Source of the DNA: a virus | Taxonomy: Duplodnaviria > Caudoviricetes | Virus record (IMG/VR): IMGVR_UViG_3300043394_000191 | Coordinates: 1-37,693 of that record | Reading direction: 5' to 3' (one strand) | Length of the DNA: 37,693 nucleotides | Part shown: piece by piece, positions 9,868-20,054 of the stretch | How the letters are laid out: every line of letters begins with the position of its first letter | How positions within the stretch are numbered: position 1 is the stretch's first letter | Position numbers and translations under genes: made by a program | The notes under the pieces: model-generated | What the model was told of the DNA's origin: nothing | Databases searched by the model: none | What the model saw: the letters and a program-made list of their open reading frames with translations, nothing else

Positions 9868-11139
9868 TTAAACACCGTAACCGCGACCAGCCATGTGAGG
9901 GTTAATCACACCGAACGCTGCCAACAAGTCAAAACGAACCTTGTTAGTGTTTGCATCACCGTTTGCATACTTACTAACGCGGATGGAGAATCCATCTTTG
10001 GTGGTAATATAGCTATCAGTTGAGTGCAATTTAGGTAATTTAATTGTTGCCATGGTGAACGCATCTTTATGGAAGAACAAGTTTGGCTTATACACTGCGT
10101 TTGCAGTACCCAACAGGGTAATAACATCACCAGCAACAATCTCAGAATCAATATTGTTGTACTTGCCGCCAGATTCATAAATAGCATTGCCGCTAATCGT
10201 GATAGTTGCAACACCAGACCCAACAGTTGCAGTTGTTGATTGAACAACGCCCGTGAACTTCACGCTATTGCCAGACGAGTCGATTAGCAATTGGCCGGTG
10301 TGTGGATTGATGCGATTACGACCTGTAATCTGAACAACATCGCCAGCGCGGAAAGCCGCAGCGGTATCAGCAGAAAATGCGGTTACTGAAATGCTTTGAG
10401 TTGTAGCATCTTTGTTGCCAACCCAAGTCTGAGTCACTGTACCTGTAACAGTACCAGCGCGATCAGAAGCGGCACCAGAAGTAAAGCCCTTCAGGCAGTT
10501 TGAAGATAAGGCAGTTAATCCGCCGAAGTCTTTAGAAACAACAGACTTACGCCAAGCTTCATTTACCAATCCATCATCACCGTTAGATAAACCTTTTTGC
10601 GCGTCAGCTAGCTTCTCGCGAGTGCCGGGCGTCATTACGTAGTAACAATCTTCCATTGGGGCGCCAATATCCTCAAGAAGAGTATTTGCAGCAGCAACAT
10701 CAGACCATTTAGTAACGGCAGTGCCCGGCGTTCCCACCATCAAGCCGCCACCAAGCATCATGCGGTTAGCAATATCAAGCTCAAGATCGGTGACAATGCG
10801 CGTGGCTAATGGTTTCATGATTTCATCCATTGAATCCATTTTTAACGCTTCGTCAATTACATCCCAGTTGGCAAAAGTGGTGAACATGTCCATCACAGTT
10901 ACTGGCACTTGGCCTGATACGATGTCATCAGTTTGGCCGGTTATGTCGCCGCCTGAAGTGCGGAAAATCTTACTTTCGTAAGGCTTGCGAACATAAATAG
11001 TGCTTCCAGTAAATGGACTAAACGCACCCTGTGCGATTTGTGAATTAATCGCTTTGGTTAAAACTCGTTGGGATTGGAATGCCTTACCAAAGGAAGTGGC
11101 AATCCGTTTTTCTACGTTACTTGCGAAATTATTAGACAT
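9868..11139 (-). CDS. Major capsid (coat) protein, P22 gp5 family
   Basis: 423 aa. Motifs GSTIYVRKP, FRAGDVVQITG, NLFFHKDAFTMAT and SIRVS...VRFDLL. Confidence 0.92.
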   Translation of the reverse strand: MSNNFASNVEKRIATSFGKAFQSQRVLTKAINSQIAQGAFSPFTGSTIYVRKPYESKIFRTSGGDITGQTDDIVSGQVPVTVMDMFTTFANWDVIDEALKMDSMDEIMKPLATRIVTDLELDIANRMMLGGGLMVGTPGTAVTKWSDVAAANTLLEDIGAPMEDCYYVMTPGTREKLADAQKGLSNGDDGLVNEAWRKSVVSKDFGGLTALSSNCLKGFTSGAASDRAGTVTGTVTQTWVGNKDATTQSISVTAFSADTAAAFRAGDVVQITGRNRINPHTGQLLIDSSGNSVKFTGVVQSTTATVGSGVATITISGNAIYESGGKYNNIDSEIVAGDVITLLGTANAVYKPNLFFHKDAFTMATIKLPKLHSTDSYITTKDGFSIRVSKYANGDANTNKVRFDLLAAFGVINPHMAGRGYGV

Positions 11140-11156
11140 GATTTAGCTCCTAAAAA

Positions 11157-12002
11157 TTAAGATACATCAAAGCCATACTTATCACTTACAGTCTTTCCGG
11201 TTCCGCGTGCCCCTGAAATTTTAGTGGTCGGCTTTGGTGCTGAGGGTTTTTTAACAAATTTGGAAAGAGCTTTAGCCTTTAAGTCGGTACGCAAAAACAC
11301 GCGAGCCTCAACAGGATCATTGCGCAACTTATAAAACAGCTCTGAAGCCATTTCCTCATCAGTTGCTAACAACGATAAAATCTCGGCGGCATGTGGATTG
11401 CCTAAGATCTCACCTTTTAGTGAGTCCATCATTCCTGTTTGTGCCAGAAACACGGCGCCAGCCTCTACAAACTTCTCATCAATGCCTTTAGTTTTGGCAT
11501 CTTCAAGAATCCGCATGGATCGCTCCTGTATTTCCTGCGACTTTACTGCCTTATCTCTTTCGGTATTGGCTTCTTGCTCTGCTTTAATTGCAAGCTGCGC
11601 AGCTTCATATTCCAGATACTGCTTTTGCTGCCTTACGAACTCACTCGGGTTTTCTATGGCAAGATCAACCGATGGAACCTCAGGCGCTTTCTGTTTATTG
11701 AAGTCGTTTAGCTTTGCCTCAAGCGCGGCTTTTTCAGCCCTGACCATTTCAAGCTCGCGCTCTCTGGTCATTGAAACACGATGGTATTCTCCTATCCTGC
11801 CCTTGATTACGTCCTTTTGCTCATTAAGGTCGCGATCAAAATCAACATAGTTGCTTACTTTCGGTTTCGGTTCGTCTTTCCCCCTTTCTTCTACTTCCGA
11901 TTCTTCGGTTTCTTCTGGCTCATGTTCAGCCTCCATGTCAGGTGCTTCATCTTCGCCAAGTTCAACTTCTAATTCTTCGTAGTTCAGGTCGCTGTCACTC
12001 AT
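11157..12002 (-). CDS. Scaffolding protein
   Basis: Acidic N-terminus, coiled coil and basic/Pro-rich C-terminus. Lies between portal and coat. Confidence 0.8.
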   Translation of the reverse strand: MSDSDLNYEELEVELGEDEAPDMEAEHEPEETEESEVEERGKDEPKPKVSNYVDFDRDLNEQKDVIKGRIGEYHRVSMTRERELEMVRAEKAALEAKLNDFNKQKAPEVPSVDLAIENPSEFVRQQKQYLEYEAAQLAIKAEQEANTERDKAVKSQEIQERSMRILEDAKTKGIDEKFVEAGAVFLAQTGMMDSLKGEILGNPHAAEILSLLATDEEMASELFYKLRNDPVEARVFLRTDLKAKALSKFVKKPSAPKPTTKISGARGTGKTVSDKYGFDVS

Positions 12003-12028
12003 TTCATAACCTCACGGTCGCAGTGTAA

Positions 12029-12037
12029 ATTATATCA
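12029..12037 (-). promoter_or_regulatory. Putative extended -10 promoter upstream of scaffold and coat
   Basis: Minus strand TGaTATAAT in the portal-scaffold gap. Confidence 0.45.
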
Positions 12038-12062
12038 AACATTTATCAGGATGACACCTGAG

Positions 12063-14159
12063 CTATATTTGACGGGTTAAATCATTAATATCTTGCGCTG
12101 TATTGCTATAAGCCATTGAAGCTTGAGGACTTACTATCGCATCAGCACCCATAGATTGAGAAATCTTATTTAAAGTGTCGGCCATAGTGTTCAACATATC
12201 AACCATTTTCGATTGATTGTCAATGCTATTCTTTTGCTGCTCTTCAATAAGCTTGATCTTTTGCAGCTCTTGCTCAAAGTCCATCTTCTGCTGTTGCTGC
12301 TCAGCTTTGATTATCGCCAGTTGAGTCTCAGCCTGAACTTTCTGCGCTCCAAACTCAGCCGTTTTAAGCTCAGCGTCTGCTATCTTCTGCATTGGATCTG
12401 GCTCTTTAGGCCGCGATGCCGCTTGCTGTTGGGCTTGCTTCTCTTCATCAGTCCATTCATCTGGTGGAATTCTTCCAGCTTGCATTAGCTGGAACCTTGC
12501 GCGTTTAGCTGCCCTATCCATGCCGGGGGCACTGAATGATCCAAGCAGAATATCTTTATTTTCAGCAATGATTGAAGGGTCATACTGAGCCATGTCGGTT
12601 AGTGCTCTACCGGCCCGCTCTTTCTTGGTTGTGTGGTTTAATCCAATATCGCAATAAACATCATATTGACCTGATGAAAGATCATTAATAACAATTTCTT
12701 CGCCGGTAGGTGCCATGATCTTTTGATTTAGCTTGGCCTCTTCGTACTCGCCACCCTCACCAATAATCCGCTTAACCATTGCAGTGTCATAAACTTTTGG
12801 CATTGCTCCAATACAGATTTTAGCGATGCGCAAAACGAATGACTTGTAGGCGTTATGATATGGAAGGGAGCCAACGTCACCTTTGTGCTGTAGAGCTTCA
12901 ATTGATTCGAAGGCCATGCGACCCTGATTTACACCCTCTTGAACACCGGATAGTCCCATTGTTTGACCTATGCCATCAAACATAGTCTGAATGATTGAAT
13001 CCATTGCTGGTGAGGCAATACCACCACCCATTTCAAATGGTGGAGGTTGGCCATCAACTGGAGTCCATACTTGGATTGGGTCATTATTAGTGTTGTAGGT
13101 TTTTATCTGAGACAGAGCTTTTGGATCATTAAGCTGATTTTTGCTGACCCATATCTTTTTCTTAGCGTTAAGAACTTCATCGCTTACTTTCTTACTGATC
13201 GTGTAGTTGAGAATTCGCTGCTGATCCATCGTATAGACAATATCACCAGACCATAGAGGGATATTTTCCACAATATCAAAGTTTGCCATCAATGGGGATA
13301 CCGGAAGCGTATCAAATACAGTCAGCTCCTCATCATTAAGCCATCCTTTGTTGTCGTACCAGCGAGAATAGATTTTAGGTACTTTTCTAGTTCTTTCCTC
13401 AAGCGTAGAAACATCTACACCATTTGCCTTTAATTTGTCGTAATCTTCTTGATCTATTACATTGCCATCGGCTGTTTGGTAAATTGTCTCGGGAACCATT
13501 TTCTTGTAAAACAGTTGAGAGATTATTTCACCCTCTCTTTTGTTCCAGTAATGGTTTTGCTCAGAGTCAGTCCCCAAGCTTTCGCACTTTCTGCCAACAT
13601 CAAAAGTATCCTTAAACTCGTGATCTTCAATCATGTGATCAACAGTAACGGCCTCAGCATCTTCTGCGGTTGGCATAATCCAATTACCAAAGAACCACAC
13701 GCGATTCATTGCATCGGGTATATCACGAATGAATAGCTCTTGGTTAAATGAGTAGTCGTCACCGTAGTCAGTCTCTACCATCGCAGCGCCAAAGCCTGCA
13801 ATCATCGATCTAAGTAGGTTTCTATCGTAGATATAGTCTGCACTAGACTGGTACTCGATTGCCTTCATCAGGCCACACATAACCTTAGCGGTGTCTTTAT
13901 TTCCGCCATTGCTAGGCTTGATGTTTATCTGAACCTCTTGAGATGCAAGCTCGCCATATTTCTTGTTTATCTTGGCATTAACAATATTAACCGAGTATTT
14001 CGGCTTCCCATCCCACTTATCAAGAATGTTTTGCTCCCAAAACCCATCAGGCTCGTGGTATGCAAATTGGCATGTGCGCGCTAAATCGCGGCGCGGCTTC
14101 TCTGCTGACTGAGCCTGCTCGCGCCTTTGGATAGTATAAGAATGGTCTGTGTATTTCAT
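12063..14159 (-). CDS. Portal protein (P22 gp1-like)
   Basis: 698 aa. Motifs GLMKAIEYQS, INDLSSGQYDV and a C-terminal coiled coil. Follows TerL. Confidence 0.9.
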   Translation of the reverse strand: MKYTDHSYTIQRREQAQSAEKPRRDLARTCQFAYHEPDGFWEQNILDKWDGKPKYSVNIVNAKINKKYGELASQEVQINIKPSNGGNKDTAKVMCGLMKAIEYQSSADYIYDRNLLRSMIAGFGAAMVETDYGDDYSFNQELFIRDIPDAMNRVWFFGNWIMPTAEDAEAVTVDHMIEDHEFKDTFDVGRKCESLGTDSEQNHYWNKREGEIISQLFYKKMVPETIYQTADGNVIDQEDYDKLKANGVDVSTLEERTRKVPKIYSRWYDNKGWLNDEELTVFDTLPVSPLMANFDIVENIPLWSGDIVYTMDQQRILNYTISKKVSDEVLNAKKKIWVSKNQLNDPKALSQIKTYNTNNDPIQVWTPVDGQPPPFEMGGGIASPAMDSIIQTMFDGIGQTMGLSGVQEGVNQGRMAFESIEALQHKGDVGSLPYHNAYKSFVLRIAKICIGAMPKVYDTAMVKRIIGEGGEYEEAKLNQKIMAPTGEEIVINDLSSGQYDVYCDIGLNHTTKKERAGRALTDMAQYDPSIIAENKDILLGSFSAPGMDRAAKRARFQLMQAGRIPPDEWTDEEKQAQQQAASRPKEPDPMQKIADAELKTAEFGAQKVQAETQLAIIKAEQQQQKMDFEQELQKIKLIEEQQKNSIDNQSKMVDMLNTMADTLNKISQSMGADAIVSPQASMAYSNTAQDINDLTRQI

Positions 14160-14166
14160 TGCGGCC

Positions 14167-15684
14167 TCAGTAGAAGCTTGAGAAGTTTAAATCTAGGTCG
14201 AATTTATCTTTAACTATAAAGCCCTGCGCCCACTGCCTAAAAGCATCAGCACCCTCTGAATGCACATCATGCTTTGGATGATCTGTAAACCTTTGATTGG
14301 TTGTGCTCCATTGCTTTTTGTAATTATCCAAATGGACTATGCCATCCTTGCATTCAGTCTCGTCAAACCAGCAAGAACTTAATCTATTTCTAACTTCCTG
14401 TATGCCGTGTGATATATCATCGACACACTTAACGATCTCTATATTCTTTAATCCAAGCTGCTCTAGCATCTGCTTTGGGGACAAGCTTTTGAGCATTCCC
14501 TGTCTAACATGCGCCCCATCATGAGGCAGATAATGACTACCCCAAACATATCCTTTCTTCTGTAGCTCAGAAACAAAATAGGAATAAGGTTCACCCCAAG
14601 CCTCAATAAATCCTATAAAGTTGTCGCTTTGGCCAATTCGTTGATGCAACCATATTGCTGTACCATCACCGTGACCAATATCCCAAAAAGTATTGACTGG
14701 ATAGGATGGATTATGCGCAACTCGCGTTATTCTGCCTTGTTTTCTTGCAGAAGTCATCTGTACAGTGTAATAACATCCTTCTGTCGATCTTTGGAATGCC
14801 TCTTTCGGTGTGCTCGGGTATTCCTGCCACATCTTCTCATCTTCGCCAGAGAATTCAGAATCCCTAGTACTTACCCACCATGCGCGCTGCTCTAAATCAA
14901 TTGTACACCCAGCTTGCTCCTCAATCTTGTCGAAATACTCATTATCCTTATCGGTGATAATTACATCATCAGCCTTAAGCCTGTACTTATCTTCTACCCA
15001 CCAAGGGAAAAAGTGGAACTTAAAATCTTTTTTGCCTAATCGCTTTCCTGATTCATGGTTCTTACGAGCACGGTCAGTCATCTTGAAGAACTCCCCTTCT
15101 TGACCTTCAGCCGTAGACTCGATAAACACCACACCATTAGATGGAACAGCAGGTATTGAGCCAGTAACAACCTCCTTTGCCCTATCAGGAAACTTAGCAC
15201 CTATCTTTCCAAACTCAGAAACATGAAGGTATTGCAATGTACCAGACCGCATTGACGTTGCCACACGGATAGAACTGTTGTTGTGCGCGAATAGAAGCTC
15301 TGATTGACTGTCCCTGCCCAATGGCATTGCCTCCCTTAACTGCTCAGGAAGGTTGTTGTATGCAAACTGCACCTTATCTCTAAAAATAGTCTTGGCCACA
15401 TCCTCTGACTGAGCAACAATACCGGCACGGATGTTTTCACGGAATAAAGCGCAATCAAGGAAGTAGATGGCAATCAGCGTAGTAAATCCAAGCTGCCTAG
15501 CCTTGAGGATTATGTTGCGATTGTGAATATCTTTAAGGAGAATTAGCTGTGATGCGTTGGGGATAAAAGGAAGAACTAAACTTTCCTCGCCGTCATCCCC
15601 TTTGATCATGATCTTGTAGAGTACGCCACTTGTTAGGCGCCACCATGGATCAGCAAGCTTTGACTTTAAGTCAGCTTCATTCAT
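14167..15684 (-). CDS. terL: Terminase large subunit
   Basis: Walker A ILKARQLGFTT, Walker B LHVSEFG, coupling motif ESTAEG, nuclease motifs WDIG and HDVHSEGADAFR. Confidence 0.95.
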   Translation of the reverse strand: MNEADLKSKLADPWWRLTSGVLYKIMIKGDDGEESLVLPFIPNASQLILLKDIHNRNIILKARQLGFTTLIAIYFLDCALFRENIRAGIVAQSEDVAKTIFRDKVQFAYNNLPEQLREAMPLGRDSQSELLFAHNNSSIRVATSMRSGTLQYLHVSEFGKIGAKFPDRAKEVVTGSIPAVPSNGVVFIESTAEGQEGEFFKMTDRARKNHESGKRLGKKDFKFHFFPWWVEDKYRLKADDVIITDKDNEYFDKIEEQAGCTIDLEQRAWWVSTRDSEFSGEDEKMWQEYPSTPKEAFQRSTEGCYYTVQMTSARKQGRITRVAHNPSYPVNTFWDIGHGDGTAIWLHQRIGQSDNFIGFIEAWGEPYSYFVSELQKKGYVWGSHYLPHDGAHVRQGMLKSLSPKQMLEQLGLKNIEIVKCVDDISHGIQEVRNRLSSCWFDETECKDGIVHLDNYKKQWSTTNQRFTDHPKHDVHSEGADAFRQWAQGFIVKDKFDLDLNFSSFY

Positions 15685-16010
15685 TTTGGATCAAGAGTCC
15701 TACCTGATATTTCTTTTATTAGCTCAGATATTGGATTGTTTTCTTGAAGACCGTGATTCATATCTACAGCTTTAAGCTTAGGCTCTACATATTGAGCTAT
15801 ACCATCCCATAGCTTATTAGCCTCTATGAGATCAGCGCCTTTTTCATCAGTGTCTTTAGCATCAACTAATTGCTGAAACTCTACAGCATTTTTAGCCATG
15901 TTCATTATGGGGTGAAAGTCTTCGCCGTACATGTCTTGTAGGCGCTTCATTAGGAAAACTTTATTCCTATTTGGTGAGCCTTCTCTGCTAGCCATACACT
16001 TTGACCTCAA
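15681..16010 (-). CDS. terS: Terminase small subunit (putative)
   Basis: Motifs REGSPNRNK and AQYVEPKLKAVD. Directly upstream of terL. Confidence 0.7.
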   Translation of the reverse strand: MRSKCMASREGSPNRNKVFLMKRLQDMYGEDFHPIMNMAKNAVEFQQLVDAKDTDEKGADLIEANKLWDGIAQYVEPKLKAVDMNHGLQENNPISELIKEISGRTLDPK

Positions 16011-16113
16011 GTATATGAATAAGAAAAAGTTTTTTTGCAGACATAATTATAACCTCGCTTAATGGTTTCCCATCACAAGGTTATAGGATAACACAGTTAT
16101 TTAGTCAATCAAG

Positions 16114-16404
16114 CTATGGTGTATTGAATGATATAACTAGCGCTGCTGTGGTTGCTCCGGCTTGTACTTGATAGGTTCCAGCCGCATTAACTGTAAGCGC
16201 ATTCACCGTTGCGGTTATCTCAGTGGCCGATCCAGTGCTATCTGGCGCAGCAACGAATGAGTCACCAACCTTAACATATAGCGAAACAACCTCAGCCGCC
16301 GTTAGTCCGCTAACAATGATAGAGTCTCCGCGCTTGAGCTCTATACCATTAACTGGCTCGGCTATAGAGTTTCCTAGAGCCTTGTTGATAATTAGCTTTT
16401 GCAT
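16114..16404 (-). CDS. Hypothetical beta-rich protein, possibly virion decoration
   Basis: 96 aa, A/V/T/G-rich, upstream of terS. Confidence 0.6.
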   Translation of the reverse strand: MQKLIINKALGNSIAEPVNGIELKRGDSIIVSGLTAAEVVSLYVKVGDSFVAAPDSTGSATEITATVNALTVNAAGTYQVQAGATTAALVISFNTP

Positions 16405-16454
16405 GTTATTTACCTAATCAGGTTATGATAATTGCTATATAGCTTAACACAAAT

Positions 16455-16477
16455 AAAAAAGCCCGAGAATATCGGGC
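16455..16477 (-). terminator. Rho-independent terminator
   Basis: Minus strand GCCCGA-TATTC-TCGGGC-TTTTTT. Confidence 0.8.
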
Positions 16478-16486
16478 AAGGTGGAG

Positions 16487-16714
16487 TTAGTATTTTGGTG
16501 GTGGTGGTAGTGGCATCCAGTGGGTCGGATGATAGTGAAAATCACCCTCGCAGAACTCTTTCCTGTTGCAACACCAGATAACTATTAATGGATCGTCGTT
16601 GTTTTGTGCGTTATAAAATTCAAAAGGTGAAAACTCGCACCCATAAGTTCCGCCACAAATTAGAATCTTGGTTCCATCTTTAGGCGCTGTCTCTATCGGC
16701 TGCCATTCCATCAC
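16487..16714 (-). CDS. DUF551-family phage protein
   Basis: WQPIETAPKDGTKIL...PTHWMPLPPPP signature. Confidence 0.85.
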   Translation of the reverse strand: MMEWQPIETAPKDGTKILICGGTYGCEFSPFEFYNAQNNDDPLIVIWCCNRKEFCEGDFHYHPTHWMPLPPPPKY

Positions 16715-16929
16715 ATCACCTCATTCTCAGGCCAATCGTAAATGACTGGCGCGCTTTTTGCTTTGGCATTCTGCTGCTCATACTTAGGCTTACTCGCCAC
16801 AGGCCATTTTTGCTGGCTTATTGGCTCATCTTCTGCCTGCGCCAATAGTTGTTCGTGCCACTGGTTGCGAGGTTGTGACATTGTTTTTAGCAATGCCATG
16901 TATGCTTGTTCTTCAAGTACGTTTTTCAC
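16711..16929 (-). CDS. Hypothetical protein
   Basis: 72-aa ORF with 4-nt overlaps on both sides. Confidence 0.55.
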   Translation of the reverse strand: MKNVLEEQAYMALLKTMSQPRNQWHEQLLAQAEDEPISQQKWPVASKPKYEQQNAKAKSAPVIYDWPENEVM

Positions 16930-17129
16930 AACATCCTACCCATCAATATCATTGTCATCAGGTTATTCATTGACGTGCGCTCGATTAATTTCCAGCGCTC
17001 TGCTGATTTATTGACGTTATCAGCGATCCAGTTTTGTATCTTTTCTCTGTGATGCGGATATACATAGGTTAACTCACTCCACACTGCATCTATGTTAAGG
17101 TCTTTTGAGTAGCTGGCTATGTTTGACAT
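16926..17129 (-). CDS. Hypothetical protein
   Basis: 67-aa ORF with AGGG RBS. Confidence 0.55.
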   Translation of the reverse strand: MSNIASYSKDLNIDAVWSELTYVYPHHREKIQNWIADNVNKSAERWKLIERTSMNNLMTMILMGRML

Positions 17130-17150
17130 GGTTTCCCTTCGTATTTAATT

Positions 17151-17218
17151 TGGAGTCGCGCGTCAGAATCGAACTGAACTTCGGTTGCATAACAGTCGTC
17201 ACTGTGCCACCAGCGGCC
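17151..17218 (-). pseudogene. Degenerate tRNA-like remnant
   Basis: Minus strand has a T-arm TCAG-TTCGATT-CTGA followed by CGCGCGACT-CCA. No convincing 5' acceptor, D arm or anticodon arm. Confidence 0.45.
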
Positions 17219-17861
17219 ATGCCACGTCACAACTTAGTTGCCGCCCTTTCATGCGGCCTGCCCGTCTTACGGCTTGCACTGGATTTTCATGCCTCACAGC
17301 TGGCGCCTCATCCTCTCTGGATTACCTCGTATTCGCTACTTCCGCAAATTTGCGCGCAATGCACAATATTTTATTGGATTTGCTACTGGCTTCAATCTCC
17401 AAGGCGTATCGACTCTGTTTGCCTTTCGGCTAATTCTTTGAACTTTGAACTTTGTACTTGTTGCGGGATGCAACCCCGCTAGGGCTTATGTGGGCTTCAC
17501 CTGTTTCAGCTTCTTACCTAACCAGCCTGACACTGGATCACCGGCACGCGCTACCTCAATGCCTGCCACTCTTGCCCCTACTTGCCGATTTGCCAGCGCC
17601 AGCCAGCCATCACTGTCAATCTACTCACAAGAGTGCCCGCTTCTCACAGCGGCGAACAATTACAAAGATCAAAGCCCTCTCAGTTTACGCCAGAGAGGGA
17701 TGGCCAAAAATAAACAATCCACACAACACTGCCAGTCTGCTCACCGGTCTGTAAATTTCTTTACAACTTCTTCCTGCTTTCCCAGATTAGGCTATTACCT
17801 AACGTAGCCAGTGCGGTGTGGATTGCCCACTATTGCTAATGGGCAGATGTTGTAAATACAG

Positions 17862-17878
17862 GCTGGACTTGAACCAAC
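17862..17878 (-). pseudogene. Isolated tRNA T-arm-like remnant
   Basis: Minus strand GTTGG-TTCAAGT-CCAGC. Confidence 0.3.
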
Positions 17879-18081
17879 ACACTACCTTTGCTATCGACAG
17901 GCCTATCTACACACAAGGTTGCAACGACCATCGCTGCTGCTGTATTCACAACAATTTCATTTTAACACTTTTACGCTTTGTCGTTAGCGGATTTACTGTT
18001 CTTTACACTCGGTATTTCTGTTTCAGATCTGCAATTAGCGCATATCGTTTTGCCCGCTGCGGGCATTACGTATAGCGAGTA

Positions 18082-18090
18082 ATTATAGCA
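18082..18090 (-). promoter_or_regulatory. Putative extended -10 promoter (late-promoter position)
   Basis: Minus strand TGcTATAAT just downstream of ninG, ahead of about 950 bp of non-coding sequence. Confidence 0.5.
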
Positions 18091-18106
18091 TTTACTGCAT
18101 TGATTT

Positions 18107-18724
18107 TTATGCATTTTCTAGCTCTCTTATTTGTTTATTCCACTCCTTGCGCATTGCTATTAGCTCATCGCAAGACCATTTTTTTACTTCTGTATTTGTT
18201 TCGCAATAATCAATAATCTTTTGTGCTTCTTCATCACCAAACCTGTTACGCAAGCCCTGTAAATAACCGTGCGTTGTTTTGGTTCCGTATATGTCCCCGC
18301 TTAGGTCGCTGTTGCATCGACGGTTATGTTGTAGATATACGTTTTTAGGGTCGAATCTTAATCCACTTTGCGCGCCCCTAGTTTTGAAGTGGCCAGCACA
18401 GAAAATGTCACCACCCTTTGGCTTTCCGCAGCTAATGCATGTTGGCTCAAGTCCGCGATCAGCGAACCACTTAAATTCCTGTAGTCGCCTTAACTTGTTG
18501 AATGTCTTTTGGCATAGATCAAGCTGCTTTGGTAAGTCGCTCTTATAAAACTCAACCTTGCGTACCCTAGCGGCCTTATCAGCTTCTTTAGCCCTAACTC
18601 CCTGCGCCCAATCCAATACGCAGCTAGCATCAAGGCATACCTTTGTGATCTTCAGCCCTATACGCTTAGGGGTGTACAATTCACGGCATACGGCACAGCG
18701 CTTTTGCTTCATTGGCTTAATCAT
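18107..18724 (-). CDS. ninG: NinG/Rap-family recombination endonuclease
   Basis: CAVC...C zinc motif, CISCG, AGHFKTRGA..LRFDPKNVYLQ...CN. Confidence 0.9.
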   Translation of the reverse strand: MIKPMKQKRCAVCRELYTPKRIGLKITKVCLDASCVLDWAQGVRAKEADKAARVRKVEFYKSDLPKQLDLCQKTFNKLRRLQEFKWFADRGLEPTCISCGKPKGGDIFCAGHFKTRGAQSGLRFDPKNVYLQHNRRCNSDLSGDIYGTKTTHGYLQGLRNRFGDEEAQKIIDYCETNTEVKKWSCDELIAMRKEWNKQIRELENA

Positions 18725-18885
18725 TTAACCGCCTTAACTGGTGGCTTTGATTCTGCTATCGCCAGATCAAGCCTAGCTTTAACCAGAGTGTAATCATCGC
18801 CAATCGCTTTACATGCGCACTCAAGGCCGCAAGTCTTGCCGCCACGTGAGCTGATTTTCTTTACCGTGCAGATTTTGCAATTCAT
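18721..18885 (-). CDS. Small Cys-rich hypothetical protein (54 aa)
   Basis: Read by hand as MNCKICTVKK...KTCGLEC. Its stop overlaps the ninG start (ATGA). Confidence 0.55.
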   Translation of the reverse strand: MNCKICTVKKISSRGGKTCGLECACKAIGDDYTLVKARLDLAIAESKPPVKAVK

Positions 18886-18887
18886 TT

Positions 18888-19352
18888 TTATCTCACAATT
18901 CGTGCGCTTAATTCGCAGTGGGAATATTCGCCTTTGTTTTTGTCGCCTTCAGCATAAAAACTATTTGACAGCCTTGATTGGTATAGTGCCTTTTCAAATA
19001 GGTCATTTACTTTTAGCCCTATTACTGCGAGCTTATCTCTTATTACCAGTGGAGCATCTAGCCTATCAATTTTTGTATTTGATCCATCCTCTCTTGGTTT
19101 TACTTTGTAAATCACATCGCACTCAAATTGCCAGTTATAAACTGTTCCAAATATTTTTCTATGATAAACATTAAACCACGCATTGGCCAAAATGTTAAAG
19201 GCTGGATTTTTATGGGTTATCGATGGCAGCGAGCAGCTATCAATCACATCCAAATGTGGATTAGAGTCTTTCCAGCTCATTGTTAAACCTATCAACATTT
19301 TATCGCTTGGCTTTTTTATCAATGGAGCGCCAGCTACAAATCTAGTTTTCAT
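18888..19352 (-). CDS. Hypothetical protein
   Basis: 154-aa ORF coupled to ninB. Confidence 0.65.
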   Translation of the reverse strand: MKTRFVAGAPLIKKPSDKMLIGLTMSWKDSNPHLDVIDSCSLPSITHKNPAFNILANAWFNVYHRKIFGTVYNWQFECDVIYKVKPREDGSNTKIDRLDAPLVIRDKLAVIGLKVNDLFEKALYQSRLSNSFYAEGDKNKGEYSHCELSARIVR

Positions 19353-19795
19353 TGTTGTGCTTCCCGATATGATTCATAAGCGGCTAGTGATTGCTCCGAC
19401 CACTTCACCCCCATATTTGATCCAAATGCGTAAACGATCTCGATCAAATCGGCCATGTCTTTTTTGCTTGCTTTGCTTGTGCTTGCGTTTAATACACAGA
19501 ATCCAGAGCCGCTAATGCTTGGAACTATTGATTGTGGCTTCCATTCGTTTGTTAGCAGGATTTTCCAATCCTCTTTGCTCATGGAATTACCATGCCACTG
19601 TAGCTGCTCGGAAATATCGGTATACATTGCCCACTGCTTTGCGTTCTGTGGATTGCTTCTGCCTTCCTCATAGCGCCTTACGGCTATCTCAACAGCTCCA
19701 CCATCAAGGCCTTTTGTCACTAAGTGATAAACCCACTCTAGCGCTGACTTAATGCTGGCAACGCCATCAATTACTTTTGTGTGCTCTTTAGCCAT
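19349..19795 (-). CDS. ninB: NinB/Orf-family recombination protein
   Basis: RSNPQNAKQWAMYTDISEQLQWHG...EDWK and STSK...MADLIE..YAFG...GVKWS. Confidence 0.9.
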   Translation of the reverse strand: MAKEHTKVIDGVASIKSALEWVYHLVTKGLDGGAVEIAVRRYEEGRSNPQNAKQWAMYTDISEQLQWHGNSMSKEDWKILLTNEWKPQSIVPSISGSGFCVLNASTSKASKKDMADLIEIVYAFGSNMGVKWSEQSLAAYESYREAQQ

Positions 19796-19968
19796 TACCA
19801 ATCGATTCCTTTTACCCACTGTCTGAACGCTTCAGCTAAGTGCTTATCAAAGTAAGAATCACCTAGCCGGTTCTCCTCTAGCGATTGCTTAGCCTCACGG
19901 TATACGTTCCCCGATAGGTGCCTTTGTATGTACTCGCACTCAAACATGTCTTGCGGTGTCATTGTCAT
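19795..19968 (-). CDS. Hypothetical protein (57 aa)
   Basis: Read by hand as MTMTPQDMFECEY...GIDW. TAATG overlap with ninB. Confidence 0.55.
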   Translation of the reverse strand: MTMTPQDMFECEYIQRHLSGNVYREAKQSLEENRLGDSYFDKHLAEAFRQWVKGIDW

Positions 19969-20054
19969 GATTTAACGCCTTTAATTAACCTTCACACAAT
20001 CTACCCCATTCAAATATATTATTGGGATTCTTTACACTTTTTTACTATCGCACG

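Noticed and set aside
17151-17218. Functional tRNA gene
   Set aside because: A complete cloverleaf and anticodon could not be built by eye, so it is kept only as a remnant.
17187-17242. Possible further attC starting GCATAAC
   Set aside because: No complementary L boxes or correctly spaced GTT core, and it overlaps the tRNA-like remnant.
17105-18075. Several overlapping plus-strand ORFs of 67-125 aa
   Set aside because: They run against the local transcription direction, overlap one another and show no recognisable motifs.
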